From the NCBI GenBank assembly GCA_002482645.1, contig DLGJ01000015.1, positions 25,015-89,014 on the forward strand: a stretch of DNA of 64,000 nucleotides, given 5' to 3'. The DNA is from Hyphomicrobiaceae bacterium UBA7697 (GTDB taxonomy: Bacteria; Pseudomonadota; Alphaproteobacteria; Rhizobiales; Methyloligellaceae). The notes under the pieces are model-generated. The model was not told the origin of the DNA and ran no database searches. It worked only from the letters and a program-made list of their open reading frames with translations. This document shows positions 58,851 to 64,000 of the stretch, one piece after another; position 1 is the stretch's first letter; the number at the start of each line of letters is the position of its first letter. Made by a program: the position numbers and the translations under genes.

Positions 58851-60905
58851 CTACGAACGCTGCGGCACCTGCATTTTGATGATCAGATATTGGTCCACCT
58901 CGGCGGTAATCCCCGGTGGCACAACGATCGTCGAGTCGAGCTGCTCGATAACGGCCGGACCCTGGACCTGGGCTCCTGCGTGCAGGCTGGCCCGATCGTA
59001 GATCGGCGTTTCGATTCGCTGCTCTTCTTCGTCAAACCGCACCGGCCGGGTACCGATCGGAGCCGGAGGCTCTTTCGGACCGAGCGGGTGCTTTGCAAGC
59101 TCCGCCTTTCGGTTCAGCCCAGTGGCACGAACTTGGATGCGGCAGATTTCGACGGGGGCGTCCGGACGCGAGTAGTTGTGCTCGCGGCCATGCTCCTGAT
59201 GGAACTTTCGAACCGCCTCCTTGAGATCGGAGATGTCGGATTCGACGGGAATCGACATCGAGCGCCACTGACCCAAGTAACGCATGTCGATAAACCGCTC
59301 GAACATCATACGGTCCGGCGCGATATCTTCATGCGCCAGCCGCTCCCGGCCCTCTTCTTCCATGGCGCGGAATTTGGCGTTCAGGTCGCCGAGATCGGCG
59401 CCATCGACCTTTGCGACGTACATCTGCGTCAGGTCGTGCGTGATATCCACCAGGAGACACCCGAGGGCCGACGTCACACCCGGGTTCGGCGGAACCAGAA
59501 CGACCGGAATGTGCAGATCCCTGGCCAGAGCCACGCCGTGCAGAGCACCCGCGCCGCCGAAGGCAACGAGAGCGAAGTCGCGCGGATCGTATCCCTTACG
59601 CAGCGACACCAAACGCACCGCGTCGGCCATGTTTGCGTTGGCGACCTTGAGAATGGCCAACGCGGCATCCTCGTTGGTCAAACCGAACGGCTGACCGATG
59701 ACGCGCTCGATGGCCTTCTCGGCGAGGTCGACATTCAGCTCGACCCGGCCGCCGGCAAGCTTGCGCCCCAGACGTCCGAGATAGACGTTCGCGTCACAGT
59801 TCGTGGGTTCCGTGCCGCCCCGGTCGTAGCACACAGGACCCGGCTCGGAGCCTGCGGACTGCGGCCCGTTGCGAAGCGCGCCAGCCGCGTCACGCCATGC
59901 CAGCGAACCGCCGCCGGCACCGATGGTGAGAACCTCGATGCTCGGGAAGCGAATAGGATAGCCATACTCCACGTGCCAATCGTTGGTGATATGGAGCTCG
60001 CCATCCGAACACAGACTGATGTCCGTGCTGGTGCCGCCCATATCCAGGCTGATGGAGTTCTTGTAGCCGGCGAGTTCCGCGATGAAGCGGCTCGCAATGG
60101 CGCCTGCGGCAATTCCCGATGCGGCAAGACGGGCGGCAAATTGCGTCGCCCCTTTTGCGGTCATCACGCCGCCGCCGGAGTGGAGCAGAAGCACCTCTCC
60201 TTTGTAGCCACCGGTCTTCATCCGGCCTTCAAGTTCCGCGCCGTAATCGCCAGCGACAGGCGACAGAACCGTATTGGCGACGGTCGTATTGAAACGCTCG
60301 TGCTCGAAGATTTCCGGCATAATCTCGCTGGAAAGCGAAACTTTAATATTCGGGATTTCTTCGAGAAGAATATCCCTCATTTTTTCTTCATTCTTTGAAT
60401 TTACGAATGAATTAACGAAGCAAATAGCGACGTTGGTGATATTCCGCTTCTTGATGATGCGGGCCAGCTCGCGAGCTTCTTTCTCGTCGACCTCTTCAAT
60501 GACCTTGCCGGCATAATCGACACGCTCGCTGACGGACAAACGATCGCGCCGTGCGAGATACGGCGGCGCCATTTCCTTATAGGTGTCCCAAAGATCGTCG
60601 CGCGTTCCGCGGCGAATCTCGATCACGTCGCGAAAGCCTTTGGTGGTGACCATCAGCGCCGGCGGGAATCGGCGCGTGATCAACGCATTCGTGGCGAGCG
60701 TCGTGCCATGCGAGAAAAGGGCGATGTCGTTCAGGGCGACATCGGCCGCATCGATACCGTTAAGCACCCCGTCAATAGGGTCCACCGTTGTCGGTGTCTT
60801 GGCGACGTGGATCTCGCCCGAGTCCTCGTTGAGAACGCAAACGTCAGTAAAGGTGCCACCAACGTCACAGGCAACGCGAACCGACTGCCCAGCTGAGGTA
60901 TTCAT
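58851..60905 (-). CDS. Hydantoinase A/oxoprolinase family subunit (ATP-binding)
   Basis: DVGGTFTD, HGTTLATNAL, DMGGTSTD, IGAGGGS, GPQSAGSEPGP, AFGGAGALH; GGAGGA RBS. Confidence 0.93.
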   Translation of the reverse strand: MNTSAGQSVRVACDVGGTFTDVCVLNEDSGEIHVAKTPTTVDPIDGVLNGIDAADVALNDIALFSHGTTLATNALITRRFPPALMVTTKGFRDVIEIRRGTRDDLWDTYKEMAPPYLARRDRLSVSERVDYAGKVIEEVDEKEARELARIIKKRNITNVAICFVNSFVNSKNEEKMRDILLEEIPNIKVSLSSEIMPEIFEHERFNTTVANTVLSPVAGDYGAELEGRMKTGGYKGEVLLLHSGGGVMTAKGATQFAARLAASGIAAGAIASRFIAELAGYKNSISLDMGGTSTDISLCSDGELHITNDWHVEYGYPIRFPSIEVLTIGAGGGSLAWRDAAGALRNGPQSAGSEPGPVCYDRGGTEPTNCDANVYLGRLGRKLAGGRVELNVDLAEKAIERVIGQPFGLTNEDAALAILKVANANMADAVRLVSLRKGYDPRDFALVAFGGAGALHGVALARDLHIPVVLVPPNPGVTSALGCLLVDITHDLTQMYVAKVDGADLGDLNAKFRAMEEEGRERLAHEDIAPDRMMFERFIDMRYLGQWRSMSIPVESDISDLKEAVRKFHQEHGREHNYSRPDAPVEICRIQVRATGLNRKAELAKHPLGPKEPPAPIGTRPVRFDEEEQRIETPIYDRASLHAGAQVQGPAVIEQLDSTIVVPPGITAEVDQYLIIKMQVPQRS

Positions 60906-61056
60906 CCGATTCCTCCGAATTTTGACATGGTCCAGGCGCGGCCGTCGACGCACGTCGACAGCATCCTGGCGAGACGGAGCTCGCGCGGGCAGACACACCT
61001 GGGGCTACAGCAGACGAGATATCTGCTTGCGACCGTTTGAATTATTGGGATTGTCC

Positions 61057-61079
61057 AAAAGGCGAACGGCTTCGTCCGC
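61057..61079 (-). terminator. Leader attenuator (intrinsic terminator) upstream of the hydantoinase operon
   Basis: Minus strand GCGGACG-AAGC-CGUUCGC-CUUUU. Confidence 0.7.
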
Positions 61080-61102
61080 AGCGGATTAGCGTACCCGCAC
61101 CA

Positions 61103-61159
61103 CTACCTTACGCATTGGCGGGTAGCTGATCACAAAAACATCGCATCTTTGCGACGATG
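61103..61159 (-). promoter_or_regulatory. Candidate ANTAR (AmiR) dual-hairpin RNA element
   Basis: P1 CAUCG-UCGC-AAAGAU-GCGA-UG with A1/G4 hexaloop; P2 CUACC...AAUGCG...GGUAG. Confidence 0.6.
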
Positions 61160-61163
61160 GCCG

Positions 61164-61192
61164 ACATTATTAGGATAGAGAGGATGAGTCAA
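61164..61192 (-). promoter_or_regulatory. Putative sigma70 promoter of the hydantoinase operon
   Basis: Minus strand TTGACT-N17-TAATGT, placing the start site at the base of P1. Confidence 0.65.
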
Positions 61193-61520
61193 GCATGACT
61201 TCAGCATTCGCGTGAAATCGTTGCGAAAGTGCTTGCGTATACCATAATGGCACAAGCAATTATCGAGATAGCGATTGCCCAAATACAACCCGCGGAAAGC
61301 AATCAAACCCTTGAAAACATCGCCATTACCCAGATTGGGCCATTTTCGACGTTGCACCGCACAACGCCCCCGGTGCGCCCCTTGAGCCCCGCACCGGCCA
61401 CGCGCAATTCATGGCAAGACTCGAGCCGACGCGAAGGGAACACAGGTCCGTCCGAGACCGGCCGCCTGCCGGTCTCTGGACTTGCGGCAAGCGACCCAAG
61501 CTAACGGGCGACAACCGGTC

Positions 61521-62177
61521 TCAGACAGATTTGTCCTTCGGCAGAAGATGAAGCATCTCGTTCGCGTTGACGACCGCGGACGCGATCGCCTCGATCGTCG
61601 TCCTCTTGTTCATCGCTTGCTCGCGGAGCGCGTTGTACGCGGCATCCTCGGGTATGCTCCTGATGGCCATCAAGATGGACTTTGCCTTGTCGATATCCCG
61701 CTGCGCCCGCAGCTTTTCCGCAAGGCGCGCCGCCCTCAGCCTTAATCGCGCCTCGCGGCGATGATTATTGACACTTAACAGGATCGTGGCCAGAACGCCG
61801 AAGGTCTGGAGCGGCAACCCGATGACTGCTTGAACCCGCAAGCGGAGCATCTTCTCCACCACAATCGGATTCTCATAGTCGACCACGGCAATCAAGACTG
61901 CCGAAGGATCGTCCGCATCCCAATTCAACTCGATATTGTCCTCAACGAGAGGACCTGCCGAGATTAAAACGACGTCCACATTGTCTTGAATGTTTACGGG
62001 CAGCGGCCAGCAGCGTCTTACGAGACAACCAATTCTGTTCAAGTGCTGCGAAAGCTCTTCGTTCTCTCGATTTTCGGGCTGCAACAACAACACCCGGAGC
62101 CGGCACAAGTCCTTTACGACGATGGGATCGAATCGATCATCATAGGATATGTCGAGTAAGCAATCCATCTCAACCAA
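61521..62177 (-). CDS. AmiR-like ANTAR antiterminator (pseudo-receiver plus ANTAR)
   Basis: RIGCLVRRCWP, VVDYENP, DIDKAKSILM..AYNALREQAM; resembles P. aeruginosa AmiR. Confidence 0.88.
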   Translation of the reverse strand: MVEMDCLLDISYDDRFDPIVVKDLCRLRVLLLQPENRENEELSQHLNRIGCLVRRCWPLPVNIQDNVDVVLISAGPLVEDNIELNWDADDPSAVLIAVVDYENPIVVEKMLRLRVQAVIGLPLQTFGVLATILLSVNNHRREARLRLRAARLAEKLRAQRDIDKAKSILMAIRSIPEDAAYNALREQAMNKRTTIEAIASAVVNANEMLHLLPKDKSV

Positions 62178-62239
62178 TCCTTGTCCCTCGATCGGGCTCT
62201 CTCAATGGTTGCCACGGGCCCGGCAACCCAATGGCTGTC

Positions 62240-63385
62240 CTATAGCGGCAGCGCATTCATCTCAGAGTGCAGATGTCTATGAAACGAACTCACAAGATAC
62301 GGATCCGGTACAACGCGATCCATGATTGCCACGATTTCGAACTGTCCATCGTCGCGGGCACGGCCAATCTTCGGCCAAAGATTGGCGTGGCCGTTCGACG
62401 GATCAATTCGGACTTTCCCCTGCGGGGCTAGGAACTCTCTTCCCAATATCGCCTTACGAAGAACGTCCGGTTCGTCGGTTTCCACTTCGCGAAGCGCATC
62501 GGCAACGAGACCCACCTGAAAATAGGCCGCCTCCCAGCACATGTTGGTTATGACGGGCTGGCCTTTCCATTTCTCGTATTTTTGGAGACACGTCCTGTTC
62601 TCGGCGCTCAAATGCGTCTGAAAATACGTTGCCGACGTGATGTGACCCGCCCCGACGTCGTGCCCCATCACCGCAATGTCGGCCTCGCTTGTGGTCAGGC
62701 TCGCGATGGGCATGGTCCTCGCCGACAGGCCCGCGTCCGCGTAGGCTTGATAGAACTTGATGATGCTATCTCCTACGAAATTACAGAAGATAACGTCCGG
62801 CTGTTTAGCCTTGATATTCTTAACTAATTCGACGAACTCGTAGTTCTTCGCACTGAGTTTCAGATATTGCCGCCCGACGATTTCACCGCCGTCTCTCAAA
62901 ACCATTTCGGTCATGATGCGATCGGATTCGCGCGGCCAAATGTAGTCGGACCCCACCATATAAAAGCGGTTTCTCGACGACTCTAAGAGATATTCCCCCA
63001 GCGGGTAGCTAATTTGATTGGCGACCGCCCCGCAATAAATCGCGTTGCGCGAATATTCGAAGCCTTCGTATTGGGCCGGATAGCACAGCAGTCCATTTTG
63101 CCGCTCCACCGCGCGAAGAGCGGCCTTTCGCGAACTGGACATGTAGCATCCGAATATGATCTTCACGCCAAATTCGATGAGGAGTTTGTTGGCGAGGTCG
63201 TAATACGCATCCGGGTGGCTGCCCGGGTCCAGGAGAAACGGGACGATCTCCCGCCCATTAATGCCTCCGGCGGCGTTGACCTGCTCGATGGCAAACAGCG
63301 TCGCATCCGACATGCCACGCTCTGTCGCGGATGTAACGCCGGTTTGGGAGAATAGGATTCCGACCTTGATAGGCGCACCCGCCAT
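62240..63385 (-). CDS. AmiC-like cytoplasmic amide sensor (PBP1 fold)
   Basis: VGILFSQTG, FGCYMSSSRKA, CYPAQYEGFEYS, GSDYIWPRES; no signal peptide; adjacent to the AmiR-like gene. Confidence 0.88.
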   Translation of the reverse strand: MAGAPIKVGILFSQTGVTSATERGMSDATLFAIEQVNAAGGINGREIVPFLLDPGSHPDAYYDLANKLLIEFGVKIIFGCYMSSSRKAALRAVERQNGLLCYPAQYEGFEYSRNAIYCGAVANQISYPLGEYLLESSRNRFYMVGSDYIWPRESDRIMTEMVLRDGGEIVGRQYLKLSAKNYEFVELVKNIKAKQPDVIFCNFVGDSIIKFYQAYADAGLSARTMPIASLTTSEADIAVMGHDVGAGHITSATYFQTHLSAENRTCLQKYEKWKGQPVITNMCWEAAYFQVGLVADALREVETDEPDVLRKAILGREFLAPQGKVRIDPSNGHANLWPKIGRARDDGQFEIVAIMDRVVPDPYLVSSFHRHLHSEMNALPL

Positions 63386-63686
63386 TTTGTCACTCGCCAA
63401 TGGTTTATTTCGTTCGGCGGTTGGGGTGATCCTCCCCATCGGAACGAAGCCATTCACGGGACGAGACCCAGCGACGCAACGCTCCGTAGCCACAGTTCAA
63501 TCGCAATAGTGGCGAGCGGCTTGTAGCTCGTCAACGAACTTCGAGACATTTTATCCCGGCACGATTCCCGGACATCGCTCGGGCGCCGCATGGCGCGGGT
63601 TCGAGCCGATCCTTTCCAACGCATTGATTTTGACGCCCTGCTGCCGTCACATGCCGCTTCGGAGCGAGCAACACATTGAAGGCGTG

Positions 63687-64000
63687 ATGGCGAACGGGAC
63701 AGTGGACCGCGAGGCCCGGAAGCGGCAGTTCGCCCAGGAACGGATGATCGCGCCCGTCCGCCGCGAATTGCGCACGGCGTCATGGCTCTCGGTCGCGGCC
63801 GGACTCGTCTGGCCGCTCCAGGCCGCGCTGATCGCCTGGGTCATCTCGGCCTGGGTGGATGGTACCGGAACCCCGGAGCGAACCCTGCCCGCGATCGGGG
63901 CCTTCGTCGTCCTGGGCATCGTCCGCGCCGGAATGGAGCGCATTGCGGGCGGCATTCTTTTCCGCGCCGCGGACCGGACCATCGCCCGTGAACGGGAAAC
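63687..64000 (+). CDS. cydD: Thiol reductant ABC exporter subunit CydD (5' part; runs off window)
   Basis: Manual translation MANGTVDREARK..WLSVAAGLVWPLQAALIAW..LGIVRAGMERIAGGILFRAA resembles the CydD N-terminal TM region. Confidence 0.6.
   Translation, partial: MANGTVDREARKRQFAQERMIAPVRRELRTASWLSVAAGLVWPLQAALIAWVISAWVDGTGTPERTLPAIGAFVVLGIVRAGMERIAGGILFRAADRTIARERE

Noticed and set aside
63624-63637. FNR/FixK box upstream of cydD
   Set aside because: Only the TTGAT half-site is present; the ATCAA half is missing.

Overview
GC-rich alphaproteobacterial chromosome segment. Gene order suggests Hyphomicrobiales, Methyloceanibacter-like (inference). 1-37.7 kb is mostly conserved core: lysC, ubiG, L,D-transpeptidases, nitrilase, comF, flp pilin, mutT, argJ, secA, accA, xerD, aroK/aroB, cobST, rpmB, SUV3-like helicase, fdxA, carD and a multicopper oxidase. 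A repeat-rich intergenic block sits at 29.3-29.9 kb. tRNA-Arg(CCT) at 37776-37852 has a degenerate copy of its 3' end at 50771-50799, and the two bracket a ~13 kb integrase-less island. The island holds the most interesting locus: two acidic, non-RTX, Asn/Gln-rich repeat proteins that share motifs (QxNxxxDxD, GxNxxxNxA), a PrtD/PrtE-like type I secretion pair, a GNAT-TPR protein, an isolated IS1595-type Zn-ribbon/HTH ORF, a HEPN-motif ORF and a TIR-TM protein. I read this as a candidate T1SS-exported fibre or functional-amyloid system, which is inference. 54.4-63.5 kb encodes AmiC/AmiR-like regulators upstream of a hydantoinase/oxoprolinase A-B, NCS1 permease, outer-membrane channel operon, with a readable promoter, ANTAR-type hairpins and an attenuator in the leader. 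The window ends in the 5' part of cydD. No database searches were run; product calls rest on recognised motifs.
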